From positions 49,104,001-49,168,000 of the forward strand of contig OZ024748.1 in the NCBI GenBank assembly GCA_964016885.1: DNA of 64,000 nucleotides, read 5' to 3'. The DNA is from Eledone cirrhosa (taxonomy: Eukaryota). A model generated the notes under the pieces. The model saw only the letters and a list, made by a program, of their open reading frames with translations. It did no database searches and had not been told where the DNA came from. Position 1 is the stretch's first letter. Every line of letters begins with the position of its first letter. Made by a program: the position numbers and the translations under genes. This document shows, one piece after another, positions 11,493-24,482 of this stretch.

Positions 11493-11690
11493 CAAGGATC
11501 GGCTGAAAAGTTCATAGGTTGACTATGACGGAGTGATGCTAGTGCTTTGAAATCTTGCATGCATTAATTTCAGCTCTTCCTCTTAATAACTGCATTGTTT
11601 CTTTCCAGGGACTATGTTGAAAAATATACCTCATTTGGTCATTCCATGAGAGTCTCTTGATCAGCCTATGAACTTTTCAGCCAACCGTCA
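11493..11690. mobile_element. Mariner-type MITE
   Basis: TIRs GGCTGAAAAGTTCATAGG / CCTATGAACTTTTCAGCC with TA flanks. Confidence 0.7.
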
Positions 11691-11789
11691 TATAATGTTT
11701 GCATATAGAAAAAAAGAAAAAGGAGAAGAAAATTTAAATTGTAAAATATAGAGAAGGGGGGTGGGGGCAATGGACTCTATATCCCAGAC

Positions 11790-12740
11790 AGCATATCTCA
11801 GCTGTATATATAACTGGTTGAAGTCCTTCATTCTCAGTCGAAGAGAGGTAATCATGGTTCTAGGACAGCATTCCTCACCATATGAGATGTCATCTGGTGT
11901 TCCACAGAGATCTGTTCTTGACATCCTTTTGTTTGTTGCATATATTAATGACATAGATGCCAACTTAAAGAATGCCACAGTATTGAAATATACAGATGAC
12001 ATCAAGCTGTACCTTGAGATAAAAAGGACAGATCCTGAATACTATAGATCTTTCCTGCAATCTGACCTGGACACAATGCAACAATGGATTACAGACTGGC
12101 AACTCAAACTGGCTGTGGACAAGTCTACCACCACGCATTTTGGGAGGAAAATACTCCCTCCACAACACTAATATCAAGAAGTTTTCTTGTGAACATAACC
12201 TGGGCAACAGCCATTTGCATTGGACGAAGCACATCTCTAAAACTGTCAAGAAGGCCGAGGGTGTCTTAGCATCACTCAGCAAGACCTTTGTCAGCCGCTC
12301 TCCAGTTATCTATTTAAAGCTGTATATAGCTATGGTGAGGCCACACTTAGAATTTGCATCACCAGTCTGGAACCCCTTCTTGCTCAGAACATTGACCACC
12401 TGGAAACTGTTCAGAGATGTACAACCAAGCAAATACCCTCCATCAGGCATCTACCATACTCTGAACGCCTTACTTCCCTGGGCATGGATACATTGAAGCT
12501 CCAACGTCTGGCAACTGATTTGGTTAACACCCACAAAATTATTAACCATCTTACCAACAACAACCCTGAGTACCTTTTTGATTTCCATGTGTCTAACACA
12601 CGTGGACATGCCAACAAAGTCAAAAAACAACACAGCTCCCATGACTTTCGGAAACATTTTTTCACGCTCAGAGTTGCTGAAGCATGGAACAAACTACCTG
12701 CATCAGTTGTTAGCTGTTGGGACACTGTGTCACGTCCCTG
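11790..12740 (+). mobile_element. CR1/L2-type LINE RT fragment, frameshifted
   Basis: SGVPQRSVL, KYTDDIKLY, VRPHLEFASPVW and FFTLRVAEAWNKLP motifs. Confidence 0.85.
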
Positions 12741-12903
12741 AAATTTGTATATTATTCAATGTTCTATACATGCACCTTTGAGGAGTTGTAGTGCACCTGA
12801 ACAATGTACACAATAATTTCATTATTATTATAATATATTGGTGAAGAGTGTATATGTGTCAGTGAGGAGTGTATATATGTGAAATAGTAGAAGTAATACT
12901 GAC

Positions 12904-13004
12904 CTAAAAACGTGACATGTAGCATCAATGGCAGATGACTGAGCCAGTCAATATCAAGTCCATCTAAAACCAGTTGACTCAAGAACATAATACTCAAGTT
13001 GCTT
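12904..13004 (-). CDS. fry: Protein furry, internal exon (SNLSIMFLSQLVLDG...HLPLMLHVTFL)
   Basis: AG/GT, phase 2 to 1; conserved DW..HLPL.LH..FLG. Confidence 0.92.
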
Positions 13005-13816
13005 CTGTTGAAAGAGAAAGAAGATTTTCACAGCAAACACAAACACCAAAATGGCTGACAGAACACACATTTTTTCTAAAAAAAACATTTCTTTTTTATT
13101 TCTTCCTCTTCTCACTCTCTATCTTTCTATTTCTCATTCTATCTTCTGATGAAGGACTAATGTCCAAAACCCTTTTTCTACTATATCAAGCATTAAACTA
13201 ATATATATCTTTTTTGTACTGTATAGTTTTGCTGTGTTGTTTTCCATTTGTTTTTGCACACACACACACACACATACACATATACACACACATATATACA
13301 TATATTCATATTCTTTTATTTTTTTAGTAGGTCCAGCACTACCAGTTTACAGAGTGTACAGGGCGAAATTTTTTTTATTTTAGTGGCGCCAACACAGGGT
13401 GCATTTTGTCATTGCACTAGCTGTAGAGAGGTTGTCATATGCTTAACCAAACTGAAAAGTCTTCTCTACCCTATATTATCTCCATTCAATTGCAAACCAC
13501 TCAAATGAAGACTATAAAACCAGTCATGAAAAAAACTGCAGACCACAAGCCACATGGGTCCTGTTTGGCTTTCAGAATGGCACGCCTAATTTCAAAATTG
13601 CCTCATATTGAGCCACATTCAATGTGGTTCACTGCTCGAAAATGGTTGCCCATGCCTAATGTATAAACATAGGAAGTTTACAAGAGCTCAGCAGGAAGAA
13701 TTAAACTCAAAGTGCAGTGAGCCAGAACAAATACCAAGGTATGTTTAATCCAACATGCATAATGGCTGCTGAGTTGCCACCTTTATACCTGGATTTAATA
13801 AGAAAATGAATGTTAC

Positions 13817-14000
13817 CTGTGATGACCAGATGTAGGAGTAAAAGTTTCAGGTAAATAATCAGACATTGGAGCAAAATATCCACCATATGCAGGCATTGGT
13901 AAAGGATATGGTACAGGTGCTTCTGGCAGGTTAATGTCAGGTGTGGGTATTTCAAGTGGTCCTGTATCACCAAGGCTGGTTGAGTTGCTTCTGTCTTCTT
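13817..14000 (-). CDS. fry: Protein furry, internal exon (EEDRS...[20 protein letters not shown]...HHR)
   Basis: AG/GT, phase 1 to 2; conserved PLPMP..GGY.AP..YLP. Confidence 0.92.
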
Positions 14001-14514
14001 CTAGCAGAGTTTTAAAGAAAGAGAGAAAGACAAAAACAAAGTTAAGAAATGTGTTGTTTGGTTCCAGGCCTGGATTGAGCAGATTCAAGATTAAACGTAT
14101 TCCATGTACGAACATCCTATCTTTGTGTTACATACTATTGTTGTTATTATAAAGGCAGTGGCTAGGCAGTATCGGTAGAATGTCAGACAACATGCTTTGC
14201 TGCATAGTTATAGACCTTTATGTTGTGTGTTCAGATCTTGCCACAGTTAGCTTTGCCTTTCATCCTAACAGGGTCGATAAAATAAAGTACCAGTAACAAA
14301 CTAGGGTCGTTTTAATTGACTTCTCCTTCCCCAAAAATTGTTGGCCTTGTGCCTAAATCAGAAACCATTATTCTAAGAGTAGGTAAAAAATAAGTACCAG
14401 TCATATACTGGTTCTAATTAAGTTTACTATACATTCCAGTTTAGCTGAAATGGTGTAGATTATACAGTAAGTTCTAGATACTATATAATAATAATAATAA
14501 TAAAATGAATAATA

Positions 14515-14703
14515 ATTGTTTCTACTTTTTGGCACAAGGCCAGCAATTATCCCAGTGTATTACTGGTACTTTATTTTATCGACCCCGTAAGGATGAAAGG
14601 CAAAGTTAACCTCGGCGGGATTTGAACTCAGTCCGTAAAGGGACGTAACTGTGCTACAAAGCATGGCGTCCGACCCTCTACCGATACTGCCAATCCACCA
14701 CCC
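14515..14703 (-). mobile_element. tRNA-derived SINE, family 2 (Nin/Deu-like core). Other copies ~8645, 14155, 28645, 28875, 30520, 43520-43930, 50940, 58060, 62250
   Basis: Head GGTGGATTGGCAGTATCGGTAGA..GAGTTCAAATCC plus CCTTTCATCCTTACGGGGTCGATAAAATAAAGTACC. Confidence 0.8.
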
Positions 14704-14925
14704 TTAAAATGAATAATAATGAATAACGAAAAATGAATAAAATGAATAATAATGATGATCTATAATGTATTATATATACAATATATTTCTGAGTTCAAAT
14801 CCTATGAGAGGCATATATGCCTTTCATCCATGCAGAACTATGGTCAGAGGCATTCAAACCATAACCATTCTGTATTTTTAGAAGTATGTCTAGGGGTCAC
14901 ATTGCCATTCCAACTTCCTCCAAAG

Positions 14926-15213
14926 CAGTGATTCCCAACATGGGACAGGCACATGCCCCACAGAGGGGAGGGGGTTGAAAATGATGTTAATGAGAACACA
15001 CTTCAGGTTTTACCTTATTTCTTTTACACTAAGGAAACTTTGGTACACATTGTCAGAAACTCCTGACTCACCTCCTCCATACATGTTATCGTGCATCTGG
15101 TACAACCTACATGCCAATTTATTTACACTTTACAGTTGATCGCTGTTTTCATATGAAAGAGGGCATAACAGTGTTGAGGGGGAGCATGGTGTACAGAAGG
15201 TTGGGAACCACTG
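14926..15213. mobile_element. hAT (Charlie-like) MITE with 8-bp TSD
   Basis: TIR CAGTG(A/G)TTCCCAAC; perfect TSD CTCCAAAG at 14918-14925 and 15214-15221. Confidence 0.85.
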
Positions 15214-15316
15214 CTCCAAAGTAAGACTCTTCCAAGTTACAATACATCCAATCCTACTTTATGTGAAACTTGGACACTTATCAAATAACAATAGAACCTC
15301 AATAGAGCACATATAA

Positions 15317-15640
15317 CAGTGGTTCCAAACCTTTTGTATGCCATGACCCACCTCAACATTTCAAAAATTGTTATGCCCCCTTTCCTTTGATATGAAACAG
15401 CAATGATCAGCTGCAAAGTCTAAACAAATTGGCATATAGGTGGTGCCAGATGCAAAATAACATGTAGAGGAGGTGAGACAGGAGTTTCTGAGAGCATTGG
15501 GTACCAAAGTTTCCTTAGTGTAAAAGTAATAAAGTAAAACCTGAAGTTTGTTTTCATTAACATCATTTTCAAATTGCTCCCCCTAAATATTCAAATTGCC
15601 CTCTGGCCTGTAGGGCATGTGCCCACGTTGGGAATTACTG
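15317..15640. mobile_element. Second copy of the same hAT MITE, inverted
   Basis: CAGTGGTTCCAAAC ... GTTGGGAATTACTG; the internal sequence is a diverged reverse complement of 14926-15213. Confidence 0.8.
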
Positions 15641-15787
15641 ATATGTACCCTTGCTTTGTTGAGCCCCCAAAATAAAACTGGAGTCAACCTAAGAGTCTCA
15701 GAGAAATATACAATGGTTCCCTTCATACTTCTGATATTGAAACACAAGTGATGTTGAGCATGGGCAATTGTATTTCATTAGAGGTAA

Positions 15788-17720
15788 GGTAAATAGGGTA
15801 CTGCAAAGGTTAAATAAGGTACTGTAAATATTAAATAAGGTACTGTAAAGGTTAAATAAGGTACTGCAAAGGTTAAATAAGGTACTGTAAAGGTTAAATA
15901 AGGTACTGCAAAGGTTTAAATAAGGTACTGCAAAGGTTAAATAAGGTACTGTAAAGGTTAAATAAGGTACTGCAAAGGTTTAAATAAGGTACTGTAAAGG
16001 TTAAATAAGGTACTGCAAAGGTTAAATAAGGTACTGTAAAGGTTAAATAAGGTACTGCAAAGGTTAAATAAGGTACTGCAAAGGTTAAATAAGGTACTGT
16101 AAAGGTTAAATAAGGTACTGTAAAGGTTAAATAAGGTACTGCAAAGGTTAAATAAGGTACTGTAAAGGTTAAATAAGCTACTGTAAAGGTTAAATAAGGT
16201 ACTGCAAAGGTTAAATAAGGTACTGTAAAGGTTAAATAAGGTACTGCAAAGGTTAAATAAGGTACTGTAAAGGTTAAATAAGGTACTGTAAAGGTTAAAT
16301 AAGGTACTGTAAAGGTTAAATAAGGTACTGTAAAGGTAAATAAGGTACTGTAAAGGTTAAATAAGGTACTGTAAAGGTTAAATAAGGTACTGTAAAGGTA
16401 AATAAGGTACTGTAAAGGTTAAATAAGGTACTGTAAAGGTAAATAAGGTACTGTAAAGGTTAAATAAGGTACTGTAAAGGTTAAATAAGGTACTGTAAAG
16501 GTTAAATAAGGTACTGTAAAGGTTAAATAAGGTACTGTAAAGGTAAATAAGGTACTGTAAAGGTTAAATAAGGTACTGTAAAGGTTAAATAAGGTACTGT
16601 AAAGGTTAAATAAGGTACTGTAAAGGTAAATAAGGTACTGTAAAGGTTAAATAAGGTACTGTAAAGGTAAATAAGGTACTGTAAAGGTTAAATAAGGTAC
16701 TGTAAAGGTAAATAAGGTACTGTAAAGGTTAAATAAGGTACTGTAAAGGTTAAATAAGGTACTGTAAAGGTTAAATAAGGTACTGTAAAGGTTTAAATAA
16801 GGTACTGCATAGGTTTAAATAAGGTACTGCATAGGTTTAAATAAGGTACTGCAAAGGTTTAAATAAGGTACTGTAAAGGTTTAAATAAGGTACTGTAAAG
16901 GTTTAAATAAGGTACTGTAAAGGTTTAAATAAGGTACTGTAAAGGTTTAAATAAGGTACTGCAAAGGTTAAATAAGGTACTGTAAAGGTTAAATAAGGTA
17001 CTGCAAAGGTTAAATAAGGTACTGTAAAGGTTAAATAAGGTACTGTAAAGGTTAAATAAGGTACTGCAAAGGTTAAATAAGGTACTGTAAAGGTTAAATA
17101 AGGTACTGTAAGATTTAAATAAGGTACTGCATAGGTTTAAATAAGGTACTGCAAAGGTTTAAATAAGGTACTGTAAAGGTTTAAATAAGGTACTGCATAG
17201 GTTTAAATAAGGTACTGTAAAGGTTAAATAAGGTACTGCAAAGGTTAAATAAGGTACTGCAAAGGTTTAAATAAGGTACTGCAAAGGTTAAATAAGGTAC
17301 TGTAAAGGTTTAAATAAGGTACTGCAAAGGTTTAAATAAGGTACTGCAAAGGTTAAATAAGATACTGCAAAGGTTTAAATAAGGTACTGCAAAGGTTAAA
17401 TAAGGTACTGTAAAGGTTAAATAAGGTACTGCAAAGGTTAAATAAGGTACTGCAAAGGTTAAATAAGATACTGCAAAGGTTTAAATAAGGTACTGCAAAG
17501 GTTAAATAAGGTACTGTAAAGGTTAAATAAGGTACTGCAAAGGTTAAATAAGGTACTGCAAAGGTTTAAATAGGGTACTGTAAAGGTTTAAATAGGGTAC
17601 TGTAAAGGTTAAATAAGGTACTGCAAAGGTTAAATAAGGTACTGTAAAGGTTAAATAAGGTAATGTAAAGGGTTAAATAAGGTAATGTAAAGGGTTAAAT
17701 AAGGTAATGTAAAGGGTTGA
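15788..17720. repeat. 21-bp minisatellite (AAAGGTTAAATAAGGTACTGY), ~90 copies
   Basis: Direct observation. Confidence 0.95.
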
Positions 17721-17734
17721 AATTTGTGACCTAC

Positions 17735-17814
17735 CATTTTGATCTTTGATGCTAACCATTGAAGATTCTGTTGATACGCTCCGCAATGATATCATGGATT
17801 CTGGTCTTGGAGAA
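17735..17814 (-). CDS. fry: Protein furry, internal exon (SPRPESMISLRSVSTESSMVSIKDQN)
   Basis: AG/GT, phase 2 to 1; bridges the neighbouring exons in frame. Confidence 0.8.
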
Positions 17815-18256
17815 CTATAATAAAATATACAATACATAACGATTTTTAACATTGACACTAAAATCACTACTACTACTACTACTACTACTACCATTACCAG
17901 CAACAACAACAACACCACTACTACCACCATCACTATCTTTCCCTTTTGAAAATGGTAGGATATGATTTGAAGAAGATTTGGCTGCTATTTCTAACAGTTC
18001 CCACAAACACAAAGAGGCTCACTTGTTTGAACTGAATATAATAGATAGTTAGTCTTGTGTTTAGAATTTAGGGACTAAAACCCAAACTAAACATACAACA
18101 TGACCTTTGCACCTGAGGCAGCAATGATTACAAGTCTTATTAAAACCTTCATCTTATCAAGTCATATACTATCTTCTATAGTTACAAACACCTATGGGAA
18201 TTCTAGGGCCAAAATCTCAATTTGAAGAGAAGAAATAAAGAAATACTGCTATTTAC

Positions 18257-18459
18257 CTTTCTGATGACAAATCCTCATTGGTATTGTGCCTCTTTGTATG
18301 TAACATGCCCTTAACCAGTGGGATATTGGGCTTATAACTTCCGTTCATCTTCTCCTTGTCCGTGTCATCATTCACTAAATGTCCATCTTTACAGTTAGAT
18401 AGTCGGTAAAATGGAGGTGGTTGAGTCCGTTCTATTATCTGCTTCAATGTCTCAACTGT
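18257..18459 (-). CDS. fry: Protein furry, internal exon (TVETLKQIIERTQPPPFYR...)
   Basis: AG/GT, phase 0 to 2; PPFYR motif. Confidence 0.9.
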
Positions 18460-19012
18460 CTGTTAGCAGGAAAAAAAGACAATTAAGAGGTGTATATAAT
18501 AAAGATGTAACAAGTTCTGAGATCTGATTTAAGCATCGTGTGATTGTCCATAGCTTAGTGGTTAGACTCACAATACTGAGATTATGAGTTCAATTCCTGG
18601 ACCAGGAGATGTGTTATGTCTTTGAACAAGAAACTTTATTTCATGTTGTTCCAGTTCACTCAGCTGTAGAAATGAGTTGCAATATCACTGGTGCCAAGCC
18701 TTTGCCTTCTCCTTGGACAACATTGGTGGCGTGGAGAGAGGAGACCGATGTGTATGCTTGTCTTCCACAAAAACACTTTTCCCGGACTTATGTCTTGGAG
18801 GGGAACTTTCTAGATGCAAATCCTATATACATTTGTGACCGAAGGGGGTCTTTACTTTTTATTTTCAAAGTTAAGTATTATCTTATATGAAATTAATATA
18901 AAGAATGAACATGACATAATGGCATTGACCAATATTTCAAGCATATCAATCAGCCATTTACAAGTGTCCTCGTTAGTTCAGAAAAGTGAAGTAGAAAGGT
19001 GTGGTTGTTTAC

Positions 19013-19087
19013 CTGAAGTTCCACCATCAGTTCATCAATTACTGTTTCTGGAATGGCTCTAGCCATGTAGCTCATTACACGTTTTGC
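19013..19087 (-). CDS. fry: Protein furry, internal exon (AKRVMSYMARAIPETVIDELMVELQ)
   Basis: AG/GT, 75 bp, phase 0. Confidence 0.88.
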
Positions 19088-19279
19088 CTTCATTTAAAAA
19101 GATAATTATATATATATATATTTAATTACATTTGGAAAATTCCAATATTTTTTGAAGGGTTGGTAGCAGCTTTTCTAGAATTCAACAAAGAACATGTTTC
19201 TACTTTAAAATATATTGTAAATAAAAGTGAATATAAACCAGAAAAGTAAAGTGTAAAACTTTTTTAAACATAAACACCC

Positions 19280-19555
19280 AAAGTGGTGCACAAGAGAGAA
19301 GACTGCATTGGTACAGACTTGTGATGTGCATGGATGATGATTGCTAAGTGAAGAGGTGCCAGGAAATCCCAGTGGAAGGAAGCTACACTAGAGGTAGACC
19401 AAAGAAAACCTGGGTAGAGGTGGTGAGAGTTGATCTCACATCGCTGAGACTTGGAGAGATGATGAAATAACGCAGTGAGTGGAAAGATGCTGTACTGAAA
19501 AAGACCCAGCCAACCCATGCAAATGTGGAAAAACATGTAAAAACGATGATGATGA
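19280..19555 (+). mobile_element. RTE-type LINE 3' end
   Basis: RGRPKKTW motif and (GAT)n tail. Confidence 0.6.
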
Positions 19556-20793
19556 AACAAACACACACAACTCCATATCTGTATTTGTTTGCTACCAGGA
19601 GGACCGGTCTGACAGTGTCTTGTTACTTGGTTGCTCTCTGTTGTCATCTAACACACACATATATATAATTGTCTATTTATATACAGTACATGCTCCAGCA
19701 TGACTGGGGACAGTGCCTCATCATGGTGAAACTCAATGACTGAAACAAGTAGCTGATAGATATACATTCTATTTACCTCATCACATATGCAATAGCCCTG
19801 CATGGCCTCAGTTCACTGAATGAGACCAGTAAAAAAACTAAAAGAAAGTATCTGGTTGTGAATAGGCACACTACAACCCTGCAGCTAAAAGGGTTGGTGT
19901 CAAGAAGGGAATCTAGCTGTAAAACATTGCCTCAAAAAGTCATGCCACACTCATGCCATGAAAAAGTCAATGTAAAATAATGGTGGTGATGAATGATAGA
20001 TAAATATTGGCTAAACAAGAACACAATATAAACAAGTTATATACACATTTATATAAACGTGAAGGCGCATGGCTTACTGATTAGAGCATTGGGCTTGCAA
20101 TCAAAAGGTTGTGAGTTCAATTCTCGGACCGGGTGATGTGTTGTTTCCTTGAGCAAGACACTTTATTTCACATTGCTCCAGTTTACTCAGCTGTAGAAAT
20201 GAGATGATAGGGACCCCATCAGTCCCTATCATTCCACTGCAAAGTGGTCATGGAGGTGCCACAGCAAAAAAGCATGCAGCCCACACTGTAAAGTGGACGT
20301 GTAGGCACCACGGAAAAAAAGCACCCAGCATTCACTGTAAATGAGGTTGGTGTTGGGAAGGGCATCCAGCTGTAGAAATCAAGCCAGAATCAGTTCTCAT
20401 ATGAGCAAGACAAGGTCAGCCGACCCAACACTGCCCACAACCTGTCTAACCCATGCTAGCATGGAGGAACGGATGTAAAACGGTGATGATGATGATGATG
20501 ATAAACAAGTTATATACACAATTATATATCACAACACTTTAAAACCTTTGTGAAGATATAGTATTCTCTGAGCACTTGTCAATAGTTAAATGTTGGGAGG
20601 GAATTTTCAAATATATTTATTTGTTAATTGAAAATGAATCAAAAACAGGAAAGGGGAAAAAAAAGAAACAAAAGAATCAAGCAATGAAGGAAAGGGAGAG
20701 AGGGAGGTAGAGACTTTATACCCAAGTCTAAGTGGTGATTCAGCTGTGTCCAGCAGACAGAATGGTGAAGGCATTGTCATAGAGAATGACCAG

Positions 20794-21282
20794 CAACATT
20801 GAAACTAGCAATGGTGGAAATGATTAGCTTGAAAGGAATGAATACATTTGTTCAAGAGAAATATTATCTTTTGATCTATTTGGTGTCAGATGGTCTGCAA
20901 AGGACTTAGGAACAGGCTCTGTCTTCCGCTGAATACGGAACAGGCTCTGTCCTCAGCTGAATACGGAACAGGCTCTGTCTTCAGCTGAATACGGAACAGG
21001 CAACATTGAAACTAGCAATGGTGGAAATGATTAACTTGAAAGGAATGAATACATTTGTTCAAGAGAAATATTATCTCTTGATCTATTTGGTGTCAGATGG
21101 TCTGCAAAGGACTTAGGAACAGGCTCTGTCTTCCGCTGAATACGGAACAGGCTCTGTCCTCAGCTGAATACGGAACAGGCTCTGTCTTCAGCTGAATACG
21201 GAACAGGCTCTGTCTTCAGCTGAATACGGAACAGGCTCTGTCTTCAGCTGAATACGGAACAGGCTCTGTCTTCAGATGAATA
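20794..21282. repeat. 207-bp tandem duplication containing a 28-bp minisatellite
   Basis: 20794-21000 is repeated from 21001; unit GAACAGGCTCTGTCTTCAGCTGAATACG. Confidence 0.85.
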
Positions 21283-21335
21283 CAATTTTAAAAAAAAAGG
21301 ACAAGACGATGAAAGGCCAAATAAATGATATTTAC

Positions 21336-21470
21336 ATAAGGCAGGAGAGTCACTGGAGCAAGGTTTGACATAACAAATAAATATTTCATGGTAACTCGGA
21401 GATTGTGAGGCCAAGACTGCACCAATGCTGACCACAAGCTTTCTATTTCATGAGGATGTTCATCTCCAAA
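21336..21470 (-). CDS. fry: Protein furry, internal exon (FGDEHPHEIESLWSAL...TLLPY)
   Basis: AG/GT, 135 bp, phase 0. Confidence 0.92.
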
Positions 21471-21841
21471 CTAGTAAAAAAAAAAAAAAAGATATATATA
21501 TATTATATATATATATATATTATACTGAAGTAAAAGTTAAGAGGAAATATCCAAGAGTAAGAACACTCAATCCATAGGACGAGTTTAGTATAACTAATTA
21601 CAACAGTGACATAAACAGGTACTCAAGTTTCGTTGGGTTCTGGGTCCCAGTTCATTTAGACTTTAAATATCAATTATATATTGATGCCTACACACACATG
21701 TTGACACATACATAGTGACATAAACACACATATATAAACTGCCATACACACACAAACTGACAAATACACACACACACACACACTGACACATGCACACAAA
21801 CTGACACATACAGACAGACACACACACACACATGTCCTTAC

Positions 21842-22098
21842 CTTGACAGTGATGTAGAAGAGGTTATTCAGTACCATTTCTGTAGCTTGAGCTGATCCCC
21901 AACCTTCATCCTTCAGATGAGTCTTAGAGGTTGTGACATTAAAACTGTCTGTAGCAGTCTTCACTGCAGAAGGAGGGGACACGGCAGAAGGAGGGACACT
22001 ACAGTCAATAAGTTCCATATTGTACAACCATGGCAGCAGACATTGCAGCAAAACTTGACGAAGTGCAGGTTTTGCTGTTTGGAATCGGTGACTAATCT
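21842..22098 (-). CDS. fry: Protein furry, internal exon (EISHRFQTA...LLPWLYNMEL...GWGSAQATEMVLNNLFYITVK)
   Basis: AG/GT, phase 1 to 0; conserved LLPWL.N.EL and GWGS..AT..VLNNL. Confidence 0.94.
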
Positions 22099-22134
22099 CT
22101 GTAAGAAAAAACCAGTTTTATAAAAAACATCTCT

Positions 22135-22775
22135 GTGTGTATCAGATTTAAAATAGATAAACCGTATCTCTCTATGTCATATGGCTGTATCAGGTTTAGA
22201 ATTGATAAACTATATCACTACATGTCATAACTGTGTATCAGGTTTAGAATAGATAAACTATATCACTACATGTTATATAACTATGTATCTGATTTAGAAT
22301 AGATAAATTATATCACTACATTTTATATAACTGTGTATCTGATTTAGAATAGATAGACTATATCACTACATTTTATATAACTGTGTATCTGATTTAGAAT
22401 AGATAGACTATATCACTACATGTTATATAACTGTGTATCTGATTTAGAATAGATAGACTATATCACTACATGTTATATAACTGTATCTGATTTAGAATAG
22501 ATAAACTATATCACTACATGTTATATAACTGTGTATCTGATTTAGAATAGATAAACTATATCACTACATGTTATATAACTGTATCTGATTTAGAATAGAT
22601 AAACTATATCACTACATGTTATATAACTGTGTATCTGATTTAGAATAGATAAACTATATCACTACATGTTATATAACTGTGTATCTGATTTAGAATAGAT
22701 ACGCTATATCTTTACATGTCATATAACTATAAGTATTCAGTTTAGAATAGATACACCATATCCCTGCATGTCATA
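22135..22775. repeat. ~50-bp minisatellite
   Basis: Unit CTGTGTATCTGATTTAGAATAGATAAACTATATCACTACATGTTATATAA. Confidence 0.9.
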
Positions 22776-23170
22776 TTAACTTCTTACACTCAAGTTTCTC
22801 TCAGTTCACTTGTGCTTTGTTGTTCCAACACATTTAAATTACACATTCAGCAAAGCATGCTTCATTTCTTTTTAGCTGCCACAAATCTTCATCTTCTCTA
22901 GTCAGGGTCCATGACATAGCACTTTCAACACATGCATGAATGTCTTTATGCACAGATATTTTGTCTTGCAGATTTTTTTTGTTTGTTTTAAATTGAAACA
23001 AAGTATGACTGTGTGGTTAAGAAATTCATTTCACAACCACATGGTTTTGAGTAGAGTCCTGCTGCATGGCACCTTGTTATGTTTTCTAGTATAACTTTGG
23101 GTTGATCAATACCTCTTGAGTGAAATTTGGGAGACAAAAACAGCAGAAACACATCATATGTGTATGTGAG

Positions 23171-23210
<40 letters not shown>

Positions 23211-23789
23211 AACAAGTAAGACCCCGACGGCTGAGCTCAAGCCGTATATATATTAGAGTTCGATTTTTATTAATTGTTAGCAATTTTTGTCTTTGCTTTC
23301 TACTTGGAAGCCTTGGTCGAGTGCTTCATGGTTCATTTTTTCTTTGTTCAATTTGGAAAAAAAATGTGCCAACGTGGTCTTTGAAATAACAGCTGCTTGC
23401 TTACCACCCCGTTACTGTCAGGTGACACTGAGAGTGGAGATTACTACTGTAATGGTGACTTCAAACCAAAACTGTAGGCTCACACTGACCTGTTTCAAAG
23501 AGGCTAATTCTTTGCTGATGGAGCTGCTCTTAGCTGATTACATAATACAATAGCATTACCTAATTTCTGTGCACGCCAGCTCCATATGGACTGAAGGTGG
23601 AGTAGCAGAAAATAATACATTAGTCTGGGACGAGAGAATCAAATTCTCTACCCACATGAAATCATTTAACATATTAGCGTGCACTTTGTTTAACTTTGGG
23701 TTGATATCTTAATGATACTTGAATGAAAAAACAAGTATTGAGTACTCTGTTGAGTAATGGTCTAACTGATTTCAAACTGGTTCTAACCT

Positions 23790-23936
<147 letters not shown>

Positions 23937-24198
23937 CGTATGTATGTGTGCGTGTCCATGTGTGTGTGTATGAGTGTGTGTTTGTGTCCATGTCCTGTAA
24001 CTTAGCAGTTTGATAAAAAAAGGAAACACTAAAATAAGTACTAGGCTTAAAAATAAATAAATATAAGATTAAAAGAACAAACAAGCAAACAAAAATATAA
24101 AAATGAATAAATATAAAAATTCTGGCACAGCTAAATTATAGGATTGGAGAAAATAGCAGAAACTGTTTATCAGTGACAAAGTAAATAGATTGACTTAC

Positions 24199-24482
24199 CG
24201 GAAAACATTGGCATTGTGAGATCTGGGTGAAGTTTTGACAGTTGTTCTGTTAGAACTGATTGAGAGTTTGAATAAAACACAGCAAGCTTGATATCATTTA
24301 ATGGAGGCTTCAGCTGTTGTACTGCATCATCAGAACTCTCAACAAAGACTGGTGCATCCTGGAAGAAGCGGGTGTCTAGCAGTTGCAGAAGTTCTAATGC
24401 AGTTTCATGTGTTTTGATGCGTGGACAACCTACATGCATTACTGCAAGGTTTAACATTGACACATGATCACATGGATACTCT
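24199..24482 (-). CDS. fry: Protein furry, internal exon (EYPCDHVSMLNL...HPDLTMPMFS)
   Basis: AG/GT, phase 2 to 1. Confidence 0.93.

Noticed and set aside
21615-21660. Possible further hammerhead on the minus strand (..CGAAACTTGAGTA)
   Set aside because: The CUGANGA core is disrupted and helix I does not pair; too degenerate to call.
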